A stretch of 64,000 nt of DNA from Eledone cirrhosa (lineage: Eukaryota): contig OZ024740.1 in NCBI GenBank assembly GCA_964016885.1, forward strand, positions 311,116,001 to 311,180,000, given 5' to 3'. The notes beneath the pieces were generated by a model that was not told where the DNA came from, searched no databases, and saw nothing but the letters and a program-made list of their open reading frames with translations. Positions within the stretch are counted from its first letter, which is position 1; the number at the start of each line of letters is the position of its first letter. The translations under genes and the position numbers were made by a program. This document shows positions 1-14,382 of the stretch, one piece after another.

Positions 1-51
<51 letters not shown>

Positions 52-1710
52 GTGCAATAAAGTTAAAACATTTATTGTTGCTAGGACAGTGGTGTTTGTC
101 ACATGTTTTCAATGTTGGCAGGTATTTTCTAGATAAGACGTACAGGTGATTTGGGTTTCGTCATTTCTGCTTTCAATATTATTATTTCTATGGTTTTCCT
201 GTATTAGCTGGTTTCGTTGTTCACATTTCTTTTAAATGGCCCTTCTTTATTCTTAGCGATAATTTTAATTTTACTTACTTCAGTTAATTCACTTTAGTGT
301 TATTGGATTTGTAATGGGTTTTCTTTATGTCTATATTGGCGTCTTCTTTATTCACAGCCTTAACTTGAAACTTTTAGATATCTACACAAGCTGTGGGTTT
401 TCGCTACGATCCAGTTCCTGTTTATCGCCTTCTTCCCGTTCATAATGTAGTATAATATATTTATAGGGCTTGACATGAGCATACGAACGTGTACATTCGC
501 TTATTTTTGTCTCACTGTTCATGCCATTGAACTAGCTTTCCAAGACACTGCCATTTAATTTAATTAACTATGATTGGTCCTCTTTAATTCGTACCATGGA
601 GAAACTGATTTTTTACCACCTACCAATTTAGTTTCGTGATTTTTTTCTATTAATATTGTCATTTACACTATTCATCAAGCATACGTTTATCCATAACTTT
701 ATCGACGTACTCGTGGATAACAAGATACTTATAGAATTTTAAGGATAATAAAAAACTAATATCTATTCTATTAATATTAATATTTGTTAATCAAAATATT
801 ATAGCGTTAGAAAATCACGTAACATCAGACAAATCATCTGTATAGCTCGGTACATGGTAAAATATAGTTTAGATTCATTCTGAATCTACGTGAAAATGAA
901 AGAAAAACCAGCACATAACGAATATTTATGCAACTACTGAGTTAATCTAGATATTAAGAGATCTCTGAGAGAAACAGAATGTAAACAATTACAGTACAGC
1001 AAGGAGAAATGATGTGGCTATTGATTAATCCAAATATTAACAATAAAAAATTATGAAATTGTTATGAAGAACGAAGTATAGCATTGTAAAAATATAAATA
1101 TTAATATTTAAACTCTATTAGACAATTTTACAATTGATTGAGTCGTGCAAAAAGCTTAACTATAATCTGTATTGCTGGCTACGTGTCAATGGAAATATTA
1201 AAGGGAAAGATATCAAGAAGTGAACAATAGAAAACAACTTTGTAACTACTGATTAACAGAGATATTAACAACAACAGAACTAACACATTAATCGAAATAT
1301 CAATTCAGAGTTAGCGAGTTTAAAAGAGAGAAAGAAAGCAGATACAAACTCAGAGCTATTAGCATGTGGATTTTACAAGAGATAAAGACAACTACAGAGA
1401 ACAGAAATATATGATGACTAAATGCATAAATATGGGAAATAAATGAATATGAGAAATATTGAGGAAAGGAAAATCAAATAACCTTATCTTTTTATATATA
1501 ATATATACTTAATACGACGTTTATTTGTTACCTCAAACACGTGTTTTATCAGAGATTAAGCATCAGTTAATGTCCTGTAGCGGAAGAATAACCGGAAAAA
1601 TTGTTGTTTGTTACACTGATAGTTCCCAAGATTGAATGGTTCAATTGGATTCGATGTATTTGCAATTTAGAGAAGCAAGTAGAGCACGACACCTCTAACC
1701 GGAGGACAAC

Positions 1711-1853
<143 letters not shown>

Positions 1854-2329
1854 CTGTTTGTAATACTATATGTTGAAATTCATATGATTATTACATATAT
1901 GTACACATAAGTATTGTATTAAGACGCTTACAATCCTATTTATTCAATGTGTATAATTATACACACATATACGAAGTCTCGGTTTTCCTCTACTGTATAA
2001 ACCTTGTATAGAGTAAATAAGAGATGAATGTATATATATATACGTGCAATATAATGTATTCACAAATACATGAGAATATATAGACACTCCAATACACATG
2101 CAGACATACACGCACACTTATGTATTTATCTATGTATGTGTGTACTATATACGTATGTATGTATGTACGTATGTATGTATGTACGTATGTATGTATGAAT
2201 AATCATTAACATCAAAATATATGAACATTTAAGCTAGAAAGAAGTAAACAAAATTTTCTTTAAATTAAGGAGAGTTTTCATACTAATTATATCTATGGTA
2301 TTTCAAATGCTGCAGTGGACTGTGTGTGT

Positions 2330-3290
2330 AGTATATGCATGAGGAAATTTGTTCTGGATGTCTATTTAATAATGTATCATTTGTAAATTGTATCGCATAC
2401 TTCGCTAGTGTATATAATTGGCACAGTTACTAGTATTTGTAGAGTTTATGTCTTGATATTATCTTCCGTGACATTACGTAGTGTTAGAATACTTTACCTG
2501 TCAGTCTTGTCCATAGTGAGGTACTAGACTTGTTACCATTGTATTTAAACGTTAAATGGTATCTTTTTTAAAAGGGTTCGCAGTTAAACCTACATAGTAT
2601 CAAGACTGCTCAGAGTAGGCTTGAGAACCAGTTAGGCGTTGCTGTTTTGGCGGGGACATTTGGCTGGTATTAGTGCAATTGCAATTATATGGAGTCTGTC
2701 ATTGTTTGAGTGTATACTTCTTAATATTCCAACGTTTGAAGACGCTATCTATGGATAGCTGTGTATGGTAGCTTAAAATAGATTAATCATGTTTTTTATC
2801 GAATAATTTATAGCATTTGTAGTGTTTATCTACGAGACTAAAATATCTTTATTTACTATTGAAGTGGAAATTTGGAGATTTAAAACTAGATTTTAACAAT
2901 TAACCGATATGTACTGCGTTTTCCATTTTTTTTTTTTTTTTGTTATGTAGGGTTGGGGTATAAATAGTAGTGTTATAGAGAGAGTATTTTCACTCTCGAT
3001 CATCTTTTCAAAAGTGTTTTATTTCAATTTTATGCTGATTCAGTCAACTTTTTTTCGTTTGAAGATAATGAAGATACTCTTAGAGAAATATTCTCAGATT
3101 TTTAAAGATTATTCCAGAAAGGTCGGATTGGTTATCTAGAAAGTGTTCTCATTATTTTGTATTTTATGGATTAATTATGTTATCAGATAAATCTAGATCG
3201 TTCTCTCATTATTTGTTGTTCTAATGTAATATCCCAAAAATTTGACATTAGATTACTCCTAACTATACTATATCCTTTCACTTTTTACTC
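2330..3290 (-). mobile_element. Degenerate Penelope-like element remnant (RT C-terminal region, Cys linker, GIY-YIG)
   Basis: Manual minus-strand translation gives NCNC...YYVGLTANPFKKRYH (~2555-2690) and FSLVDKHY, which parallel motifs of the PLE at 55-58 kb. Many stops. Confidence 0.55.
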
Positions 3291-3424
3291 TGTCTCACAT
3301 ATTTGCGTTTACTACAACAACCCAATGCCTCTTCCCACAACAAATTACAACTATGGAGAGGAAATAATCACTGTTTTGAAAATCCAGTAGTATAAGCGAA
3401 ACTACAGAGTGAATAATTATTGTT

Positions 3425-3930
3425 AATAATTGTTTCTACTTTAGGCACAAGGCCAGCAATTACCCAGTGCATTACTGGTACTTTATTTTATCATTGATAA
3501 TAATGGTTTCTGACTTAGACAGAAGACCGATAAAATAAAAATTAGGGGTGTGGGAAAGTCGATTAAACCGACCCCAGTGCGTGACTGGTACTTCAATTTA
3601 TCGACCCCGAAAGGATGAAAGGCAAAGCTAACCTCGGCGGGATTTAAACTAAAACTGTAAAGGGCCGTAACTCTATGCTGAAAAGCATGTTGTTCGACGC
3701 CCTACCGCTACTGCCAATCCACACCCTAAGTCACTAATAATAATTGTTTCTACTTTTGGCACAAGGCTAGCAATTAACCCAGTACATTACTGGTACTTTA
3801 TTTTATCGACCCCGTAAGGATGAACGGCAAAGTTAACCTCGGCGGGATTTGAATTCAGATCGTAAAGCCCGAAACTCCATGCTGCAAAGCATGGCATCCA
3901 AACCTCTACCGATACTGCCAATCCAATAAT
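3425..3930 (-). mobile_element. Cluster of tRNA-derived SINE copies (family A; partial plus two near-full copies)
   Basis: Reverse complement shows A-box-like TGGCAGTATCGG, B-box GTTCAAATCC-like motif, central TTTCATCCTT.CGGGGTCGATAAAATAAAGTACCAG block and ATT tail. The same sequence recurs throughout the window. Confidence 0.85.
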
Positions 3931-4000
3931 AAATACTATTTTGATTCCAGATATCTATAAAACATGCACAAGCACACAGGCACTCACATGCGCGCGCATA

Positions 4001-4615
<615 letters not shown>

Positions 4616-4646
4616 ATATATATATATATATGGGGTGTTGTGTGTG

Positions 4647-4765
<119 letters not shown>

Positions 4766-5297
4766 TCAAACGTATCAAATATATCAAAAGTACATAACTG
4801 TCTCTCTTTGATTTGTATGAACATTTGAACACTAGAGTAATATTTCTGCCATAAGGAAAAATATAATTGAGCTTTATCAATAATGAAATCTATGAGAATA
4901 CGAAATTATGAAAGTGTTATATAAAACTTATTTTGTTATTTAATATTGTATAAAATTTCTTATCTTCAGGAACTGATGTTTAGATAATGTTTAAAACTAA
5001 ATTTCTTTTTTTTTTCCCCTTATGGTAAATTTACTTCGTTAATATTTATATGAAACAGAATAAAATGAATTACGTTGATTCAATATAAGCTTTAAGCAAG
5101 GAACGAAATATTATGTAGCATTTCAAAATATATCTTTTCTTTCTTAAAGAGTGCAATAGTCGAGAAATTTCGTTCCTGGTTATATTAGAAACAGAAAAAA
5201 TACATTGAATTAATACATTCGTTATTCCATTCGAATTAAAATGAAACGTAAACTTTCTGTCATTGTTTACATGGCTCACCACTTTTTATATAGAGTA

Positions 5298-6138
5298 CGA
5301 GGGACGAGTGAAAAAATTTGAGCCTCCAAGAAACGGTAGCATACACAAATATATTTTGTTTTATTTTTCAACATAGTCTCCCTTTGAGTTAATACACTTC
5401 TTCCATCGATGCTGAAGTGGTTGGGTCCCGTTGGTGTAAAACTCCTCGGTTTGGTCCTCCAGATCAACAGCATATGTGTTGTCTGAGGGCCACACACGAC
5501 AACTAATTGTGTACATTACAACACATTTTTTTTATATTACGAAGATAAAACATGCGCGCGCTGTAAAATCTTTTGTGCATGCTGCAGGTGTGGTTGTAAA
5601 GGGCCCCATGCGGCCCGCGTGCCGCATGTTTGACATACCTGATCTATGGTGTCACCTTCTGTTTTCGTGTTTGAGAACAGATGGAAGTCGGAAGGTGCAA
5701 GGTCTGGTGTGTATTGTGAATGAGAGACTAGTTGGACCCCACAGTCATGGATTGTTGCCATTGCCGCCACCGAAGTGTGGACAGGAGCATTGCCAAGATG
5801 GAGCAAGACCCCTTTCGTCAGCAATATTGGCCTCTTCCTCTTAATGTTCTCGCAGGAAATCTTCCCTAATGTGTCTTGCATATCCTTATGGATCGCAACT
5901 GGGGTCATACCTTTCAACTGCAGATACTTGATCACTGCTCCATACTAGAGTTTCTCCATTTCTCATGAAACGCCTGAGTACCACAACTTTAAAAATCTAC
6001 GAAAAGAAATGAAAAGGTTTTTAGACCATGAAACGTGGCTAGCACTATATCAACATGTCTCAGATTTCACAAGCAAAATTTCATTTTTATTTCTATTTGT
6101 TTTCTGTGTGAGGCTCAAAACTTTTCAATCACCCCTCG
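5298..6138 (-). mobile_element. Internally deleted mariner (Tc1/mariner) element
   Basis: Imperfect TIRs CGAGGGACGAGTGAAAAAATTTGAGCCT / AGGCTCAAAACTTTTCAATCACCCCTCG, with TA at the left end. ORF 5537-5935(-) contains LLHLGNAPVH and YTPDLAPSDFHLF, matching mariner HDNAP and YSPDLAPSD motifs. Confidence 0.85.
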
Positions 6139-6625
6139 CATCTGAATAAAGTTAAGCAATAAGTAGGACACTACTTTAAAAGCACTCGTCTTTAAAAGAA
6201 ACCGTATGACCCACTTGAGAAACAATTAGAATACACCGTAGGGAGAGCACTGTTTTTTTTATATAACCTTATAAATGAAACCGACGAATATATACCATTA
6301 TACCTACTGATGGGTAACAATAACGTGGCTGAGATTATTTAGCTTAATGAACTTTACATACAGTAGGTTCGCATCTTAATCGCCTTATATAAAAGTAGCT
6401 ATATGCGCCGATGTTTTGGAGGAGACTTGAGAAAACTCGAAAAAGAATCATAGCGGAAGAAATGATGCGGCTTCATGCGGAACAGAACATTAAAGTTTAA
6501 CAACTTTTATATTCTAAATATATATTTCCCACCACGTATGTTTAAAGCTGCACTAGTTAAAACCTCATAAGTTATAGGTTCACTCTAATGTACACATTTA
6601 ATTTATCTGCAATGGGATTTATATA

Positions 6626-7560
6626 TTGAGTCAGCGGATCAGATTATCAAAAATCACTCATAGTCATCAATTAAACAATTTTAAAGGAAACCTCATCGAC
6701 AGTTCCAAAGAGCTAAATCTAAAAGAAACACTAGATAGAAACGTAAACTTGATTTATCTCCCTAGTATCACACTAAAGCTAAACTCTCATAGTCACCAAA
6801 CCTCCAGAAAAATATCCAATGACTGAAACCATTAAAAGAATAACTAGACACCCTCTGTTATTAATAACTTAACATATGTTTGTGAAGATTATCATCAAAT
6901 TAGGGAGGTTACCAAAGCATTACAATATTATGACAATGACGCACTGATATAAACTGGTTTCCGATATAAACCCCGATGCACAACAAACACTACTAGTAAC
7001 AGAATATAATTCAAACCATCTTAAATACAAAATACTATTATTTAACCTTACCTCTATCTACACTATCACGTAACTCTGGCGGGTATTTAATTTCCTTTGA
7101 TATTAAAAACACTACTTCCCAACAATTTCAGAAACGATAATTTATTTAACAGAAACATCTTCAAACTAAGTTGGAACTGCACACTTAACTTCGAATCACA
7201 TTTAATAAACCTCGACGCTAAAAGCTATCACATAAAAAAACCTGTCTCTCCTGATATTTAACTAATTTAACATTATTGTCTTTTCAATTGCTTTTGCCTC
7301 AACAAATCAATAGTGTACTGCACCGACGTTTACGCGAACATAGTCACATTATACAGCGGTTCAACCAAGAATACTTTCAAATCTAGATTCTAACTGAATT
7401 TTTCAGAAACACCAACAGAAGCACAACTTGTCCAAGCACATATGGTCATTAAATGACGAACAGAAAATCAACTATATAAAATGCAAAATCAAAGGCAACG
7501 CTAAAATATATGAGTAGACGAGCAGCTCCGACTTTTGTATCACAAAGAAGTAGGCCATAT
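6626..7560 (+). mobile_element. Degenerate Penelope-like element remnant (GIY-YIG region)
   Basis: Manual translation gives LFNRNIFKLSWNCT, CLNKSIVYC, YSGSTKNTFKSRF and LSKHIWSL, parallel to the PLE at 57.0-57.7 kb. Confidence 0.6.
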
Positions 7561-7599
7561 CACTCCATTCTGGAGCGCTTCTTTTAGGTCTCTCAGAAG

Positions 7600-8400
7600 T
7601 TTAATGTACAGTGACGTCCTCACGTCCCAAGTCCTTTATTGTTGATGTATCTTGTTTGTGTGGATTCCCAGTCAAAAACATTTGAGGCGTGCGATGTTTG
7701 GGAAAACTTTTCTATCCTTTTCGCCATTTCGGGTGAGTAGTGTTAATCCTAAACTAGATCTGCTCAGATATAGATGGAGTTGCAGAAAACATATGGTGCC
7801 TTAATCAAATAATAAGTGATCATCTTGCATCTCCCACCAATGAGTAAGTTCCAGGCTAAATATTTCTAACTTACAGTAATCTTTGTTCTTGACTTGTAAT
7901 ACTGAGTAAAGGAAAGAGACAAGGGAAGGAAAAAAACAAAGGAAAAATAATACGAAGACAGAAAATAGAAGGCTTCCACGCGAGTTTTTTAGTTGAGGAT
8001 CACTTCTACCTTGATCTCTCGACACAAATATATTGCGAATGAGAGGGTACGCAGTCTATCGATATCTGTCTAAGAAAGCGCCCATTCACCAGGCATTATG
8101 TTTTGTTTCTTTTGGAGTAGTAAAGTAGAGCTTAGAAAAGTTACAGTTATTATGAGGGACCACCCCTCTAGAACCATTCAAGCCGGATCTCCTCCAAAAG
8201 CAAATCTACTCTGCTGTCCATTCTCAGGTGCAATAGTGCTTTTTCGAGGCTAATAGTATTGAGTTGCATAATTGCCATTGATTTGTCTCCACATCGATAA
8301 TTTTGCTCTCTGAAACGATCGAAAAACACATATACAGAGATATCATCCGTCGAAAAAGAGCAGATTTCACTTCAACACTAGATCGAGTTCTAAGATGTTT
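7600..8400 (-). mobile_element. Possible highly degenerate L1/Tx1-like endonuclease remnant
   Basis: Minus-strand peptides FLDRYR and IFVSRDQGRSDPQLK resemble LSDRYR and VFCREIDRSSIGCPQFK in ORF2 of the 25-30 kb LINE. Confidence 0.3.
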
Positions 8401-8414
8401 ATAAATTCTGCCTT

Positions 8415-8520
8415 GATTGGTTAGAAAACTGGATTCGCAATCGTGAGGTTTTCAGTTCGATTCCTGGACCTGGCGATGCGTTTTGTCCTTGAGCAAGACA
8501 CTTTATTTCACGTTGCTCCT
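8415..8520 (+). mobile_element. SINE family B fragment (tRNA head + CORE-like block)
   Basis: GTTCGATTCC B box followed by GTCCTTGAGCAAGACACTTTATTTCAC. Matches 33213-33482. Confidence 0.7.
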
Positions 8521-8643
8521 TCTACCTGGAGTTGCGACCGATAGATAGTATTAGCAGTTGGAAAGACCAACGGAAACATTGTTTCCTCGGTCCGATTTGA
8601 CGACAGTCGATCGATAAATATATATATATATATATATATATAT

Positions 8644-8700
8644 GACTTCTACAAGACTAGAACTGTTTCATCGTATGAAATCGTCGAGAATGTCAAATAA
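8644..8700 (-). mobile_element. Degenerate hammerhead-bearing element end (same family as 16175-16362 and 19474-19604)
   Basis: Reverse complement reads TTCT-CGACGA-TTTCATACGAT-GAAACAGTTCTAGTCTTGTA-GAAG and abuts (TA)n. Confidence 0.6.
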
Positions 8701-10289
8701 AGTTGGGCAGTTTTGTTTATTTATAGGTATCTCAGTCGGTAGTGGTGGGAAGTCCCATCTAATGGAGCATGTATCTAGTGGTAGGTGGGGAGGAGGAAAC
8801 GGGGAGAAGTCACTTGATTAATGAGGAGTAGGAGTGGAGGGAAGAAGGTGAAGAAGGAGATGGAGAAGAAGATGAAGAAAAAGAAAATGAAAAGGGAAAA
8901 GAAAGATAAGAAATTAAGGATGGAGAAGCGAGGAGATTACGTATGTGAATATTTATATGGCAATTTACTTGGTTGATTATATATGTATATACATCCAAGC
9001 ATTAATGTATATATGCACGTACTCGTGTGTTTAGTGTCCGACTGTGGTTTTTTATGAGTTTCCTATGCCACCGCATTTAATTGTATTTATGTGCGTCTCT
9101 GTACATAGATAAGTATGAGCTCCACGCCTGCCATATTAACATAATATAGAACGCACAATACAAGCGATGAGATGACCTAAAATTGACCTGTGAATCTAGT
9201 TTCACTATCTTAAAAATAAGAACAGTGGTAACATCGAAACACCATATCCAAATAAAACCTCGCCTCCAACATATTAAGTAGCAATAATCCGAATAAGATA
9301 AAGAGAAACAACAGAGAATATGAGCTGTTTATTTCTCCAATCATAAATCCCTGACTGGGATAAAACCAATTTATCACAAATCCTTTACACGTCTTCTCAT
9401 CACTAATCACTTCTTTTCAGGTATTTGTTCATAAATTGATTCATCAGAAGAGTTTTTCACAAGGCTTTTTCATACAAATGTTTCTATAGAAAATCACCTT
9501 CCCTACAGAATTTGTTCTATAGATTTTTATATTATTTTACACATTGTTATATGCTCATATGCATAGCGAGCAATTTCCACCAAATACTTTTCAGTGTGAC
9601 CAATACAGATGAAATTGATATGTAAACGAGAAAGTTTCGAATAACTCATTGCGAGTAGTGACACGCACAGAGACTCGGTCTTCAACAAATATTATTCCAT
9701 AGTACAAAACAATATTGAGTAATTTCGCTTACTTCCACTCCATATCTGTGTGGGATATAGAGAAAGATTTAGAAGGGAGCTGTGTAAATATAGATGTTTG
9801 GTTAAGTTCGCTTCCAGGATCAATTCCTCAGCGCGACAAATTATTTATTTATATTTTGTTCACCAATGACTCATGAATGAAACTTGATACACAAAGAATT
9901 TCCAAATGCGACGCCCAACGTATATATATATATATATATAATTGTTTCTATTTTAGGCACAAGGCCAGCAATTAACCAGCACATTACTGGTACTTTATAA
10001 TGTTATGTTATTTACTGAGGTTCCACTCTTTTGTTGCTGGGTGTTTTGTGGACAACAGAGTAGCAACAAAGAGTAATCTCAGTAATATAATAAATACATA
10101 ATATTGTCTGCTTTGGTATTAAACATTTTTTCCTCATGTTTGTAAATCCAAACATACGGATTTATATATTACGCATGTGTTTATGTGTAGTATCAGCCGA
10201 AAATGCACACAGAAAAACAGTTGCACAACTGCGTCTGTACCTCATCAACTACCTTGCTGATTTGAAATTCCACACATTAAGGTGGTATT

Positions 10290-10950
10290 GCACTTGTAAT
10301 ACCAGTTTGCGCAAGAGGTTGGGGAACACTTGTAATACCAGTTTGCGCAAGAGGTTGGGGAACAGTTCTGTTGGTAAAATGCATACTTGACGGTAACAAA
10401 ACAAGAAATGGACAGAAAAATATACGTGTCTTTCAACAAAAACAGACATAAAAACATGATGGGCCTTGACTATTGAGGTTGACTAGAAGAGCTCAAACTC
10501 TACTCTCTCACCACCGCGGTGAGCGGTACATTACTTGCACGGTGTGGAAAATATTCCGTCAGCATTGTCCAAATGATGTTGGCATCATCTTCAAAATACA
10601 CTTGGGACTCGTGCTATCCGCCAACAATAAAAATCAAGCTCACATCTCTTAACAACATTACAGCACAATTATTTCACCTCAAATAGTCCCGTTCTCTTTA
10701 ACACCAAAACACATAAAACAGAAACAGATCCCATAAAATTCAAAATTGTCTTTGGATAAATTCCTTTATGAAATTCTGGATGAACCCCTTACTCTCGGAA
10801 ATGTCTCCGAAAACAATAACTCTCTACGTGTGTGGTCCATGGTGTCGAAATAAGGATTTGAAAGACTTCGCCAGATTCCCCTATTAAGTTAGACTTGGCC
10901 TGGGCCAATACTGGCCGAAACCTATCAAAGTTATCAAAGTTATCAACACT
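10290..10950 (+). mobile_element. CR1-group LINE 3' fragment, degenerate
   Basis: Manual translation near 10455-10560 gives MMGLDY...LEELKLYSL...ERYITCTVWKIF, typical of the CR1-group C-terminus. Contains a 36-bp tandem duplication at 10291-10363. Confidence 0.6.
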
Positions 10951-11053
10951 GGAAGAAAGGAAAAATTTATATTTTCGTCTAAGATGGAGCTTTAAAAATA
11001 TGTTCTGTAACCTACCCAATTTGATGATATATATATATATATATATATATATA

Positions 11054-11169
11054 ACGAAGGAAATGTGATAATGGAACCAGATGGACCATAACGCACCAAA
11101 GTACTCAATACTTAGGGTAGTAGAGTGGGTAATAGGAAAGAGTAGGACCCCGACGGTACTACTCGTTCC

Positions 11170-11172
<3 letters not shown>
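11054..11172. mobile_element. (TA)n-inserted short element, family C (copy 1)
   Basis: Homologous to 34608-34815 and 52838-53050 (GATGGACCATAACGCACC...GTACTCAATACTTAGGGTAGTAGAGTGGGTAATAGGAAA). Confidence 0.75.
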
Positions 11173-11244
<72 letters not shown>

Positions 11245-11248
<4 letters not shown>

Positions 11249-12409
11249 AAATTAAGTGTGTGTGTGTCTGTGTATTACCTATAGGGGCCTACATCTTACG
11301 ACCGATTTTCATGAAACTTTACAGGCTCATAGATTAGTCATCGGGGAGTGTTTTCTATATATCAGCGTATCTTTTTTTTACTCCGGGGTCATTATGCAGA
11401 TAAAAATCGATAGGGGGGGTCACCTTTTTTTAGGTATCGAAAAATAAAATTTTGGGCTCTAGCTCCCACATTTTGCCACCGATTTCGTTCAAATTTTAAA
11501 GCAAAATAGAATTTATCATTGCACATCCAGTAATGTGTTTATATTTTGCATTAGTTGTTCAGGGACGGCATGGCAGCCGCTTAAATATTCAAAAATACCA
11601 CTTTTAGACTCAAATTTCCACTTTTTCGGCTCTAGCTCCCATATTATTCAATCTACTTTGTTCAAATTTTACACTACGCTAGATCTGGTTATTTCACGTC
11701 TTAAAGTGGCTTTACATTTTTGGTTTTTTGTTCAGGAACGGCGTGTCAGCCGCTTATATATTCGAAAATACCACCTTTCCGCTCAAATTTCCGCCTTTTC
11801 GGCTCTAGCTCCCACATTTTTCAACCGATTTCGTTCAAATTTGAAACTTCGGCTCCACCTCACACATAAATCAATTTATTTGGTTCAACCATATTCTACG
11901 ATAGAACCTATCATTGCACATCTTATAGTATCTTAACACTTTGCATTTTTTGTTCAGGGACGGCGACCTATCATTAGCTCCCACATTTTTCAACCGATTT
12001 CGTTCAAATTCGAAACTTCGGCTCCACCTCACACATAAATCAATTTATTTGGTTCAACTTTTATACTACGATAGAACCTATCATTGCACATCTTATAGAT
12101 GGTCAAAAGCAAAACGATGGCCACTGACGTCGTCTGAGCTTTTAGTTGTGTATTTGAGAATTCATCCGTTTCCAATCAAGTAGCGTGAGGAAATTTGGCT
12201 TAGTGTTAGAGGTCATTACCTCCCTCCCGCAGCATGCCCCTTTGTCAGTCACCCGCGTTTCTCAGTGATAGAGGTCATCACCACCTTCCCCCGCATTGCC
12301 TTTGTGTGACAATAGATGAGTCATCGAGAAGCAGTCGTTAAGATCAAAACCTTTTCATCAAAGCAGATATTATTTTACCTACCCAGGCAACGCTGGATAC
12401 TGCTGCTAG
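11245..12409 (+). mobile_element. Non-autonomous Helitron-like element
   Basis: 3' end has a hairpin CCAGGCAACGCTGG followed by GCTAG|T. Internal repeats of TAGCTCCCACATTTT...ACCGATTTCGTTCAAATTT. No ORF. Confidence 0.7.
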
Positions 12410-12468
12410 TATATATATAAAAAGGGAAAAAAAATATTTTCCTTCCTAATAATCGTCTCTTTCTCCGT

Positions 12469-12529
<61 letters not shown>

Positions 12530-12534
<5 letters not shown>

Positions 12535-12679
12535 GTGGTTACACAACAGTTAGTTCACCATACCGAGAACAATTGTTTCGGTATGGTGAACTAACTGTTG
12601 TGTAACCACTTCTACCTAACTCGTCCCATGGACTGAGTGCTCTAACACTACGGATATTACCTTCCAGGGTTCTACCACT
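12530..12679. mobile_element. Short fold-back element in (TA)n
   Basis: About 36-bp perfect arms (TAGAAGTGG...CATACCGA / TCGGTATG...CCACTTCTA) around AACAATTGTT, followed by a ~65 bp tail. Confidence 0.75.
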
Positions 12680-13773
12680 ATATATATATATATATATAAT
12701 CTTTTTAGTCAAGCCAGTATATTCACGTACCTATAAAGATACAGTTTTCAATAAAAAGTATTCCAGTCTATCGAACACTATTGATTATACTTCAATATGT
12801 TTTGCTTAGATGTGTCTGTGTTTGATAGTGTGCCGTGTAGGAGTGTTACTGTGTGGCGTTTACCAATATAAAACATGTTTGAACGTTGTCTTGAATTGTA
12901 TATCCTATATATAAACTTTATCTAATATTAGTATAGAGGATATATATATTATTATAAATTATTATAAATTTCCTCTATGAAACGTAATAAATATTTAGAA
13001 TATCCATAAATGTAATCTCCACATAAATATAACCTAGCTATAAATATTTCCATTTAATAATCGTTTTCACACATACTCCATAAAAATGTAATCTCGATGT
13101 TTCTAATCTTTTTTCCGCGTGAACACGTAATGTGGTTATAGAATTTTAACATTATGAGCATTAAAATTACTTAAAAACGTTTATCTTTTTCTTGTTGTGT
13201 TTCTTTTTGTTTGTTTGTTTGTTTTTTGTTTGTTTGTTTGTGTGTTTTCTTTTGTTTTCTTTTGGTTTTTTTGTTCTACTAAAATGGATATTGAGATTAA
13301 CTCAACGACATGACATCAAATAGTATTTTATAGGTAGCAACGATTTTCCTTTTCGAAAACATGATGACAAAGCTAACTTAACTTTGACGAAAATTAATAA
13401 ATCCGACACTACAGTCAGCTTTCTGCGCCATATTGGAAACTATATATCTTATACATACAATTGCACTTTGTAACTCTATGATTGCATTTTAATTGTCATG
13501 CTGTATATGTTGCAGTAATATATTGGTAATGTTCCCTACCTATGGATGGCAGATCTGAATTATTTAATATCTGAAGAATTATGTTGTATGTGAATCAATG
13601 TAGAATCTTCTACATTTTGTTAATGTCTCTATCATTATTACTACGTCAAATATTAAATCCGACTATCTTATGACAACAATGTCTTTATATACGGTGATAA
13701 TGTGCATTATTCTATTTTGTATAAAGAGTTTAAAAATTGAATTCAATTAGTATTTGCTCGATTTGAAAGTGAA

Positions 13774-13818
13774 CTGCACTGATGAAGGGTAATCACACAG
13801 AAACAGTAGTGTCTGCAG
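13774..13818 (+). ncRNA. Minimal type I hammerhead ribozyme motif
   Basis: CTGCA-CTGATGA-agggtaatcacaca-GAAAC-agtagt-GTC-TGCAG. Canonical core and 5-bp stem I; stem II is poorly paired. Confidence 0.55.
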
Positions 13819-14328
13819 ACCTGTTTACATGCCAACACAAGAGCAAGAATGAGGAGCCCATTTTACTGACATGGTTTTAAAAAGAGGCTTGTTTGCATAA
13901 TTGCAAATGAATCGAATATTCTTATTAATATTCGAAAAACTCAGATTACATTTATTGTATTCAGCTATGTAGAGCGATAACTTTTTGTTATATATGTATG
14001 TGTGTCCGTCAGATACCCCTGAGTAACCATCTAGCAACATGTGGTCAAAGTGAAATCAAGAGAAAAATTAAAGAAAATAATTTTATATTACAGTTGAAAA
14101 TTGCAAACTTGACTGTCACCACTGAATATGAACCTGAAGATTGCGAAAGCATGAAAATACTTGTTCAATTAACACTTAACATTTAATATTCTACCATACT
14201 ATTTCATTATAATATCATTATAATTTTAAAGGATTGTAAATAAAACGAGTAAATCAGACGAAGTTAGAATTCCTTTTATTAATATATATATATATATGTA
14301 TATGTATGTGTGTGTATGTATATGTATG

Positions 14329-14373
<45 letters not shown>

Positions 14374-14382
14374 TATATATAT

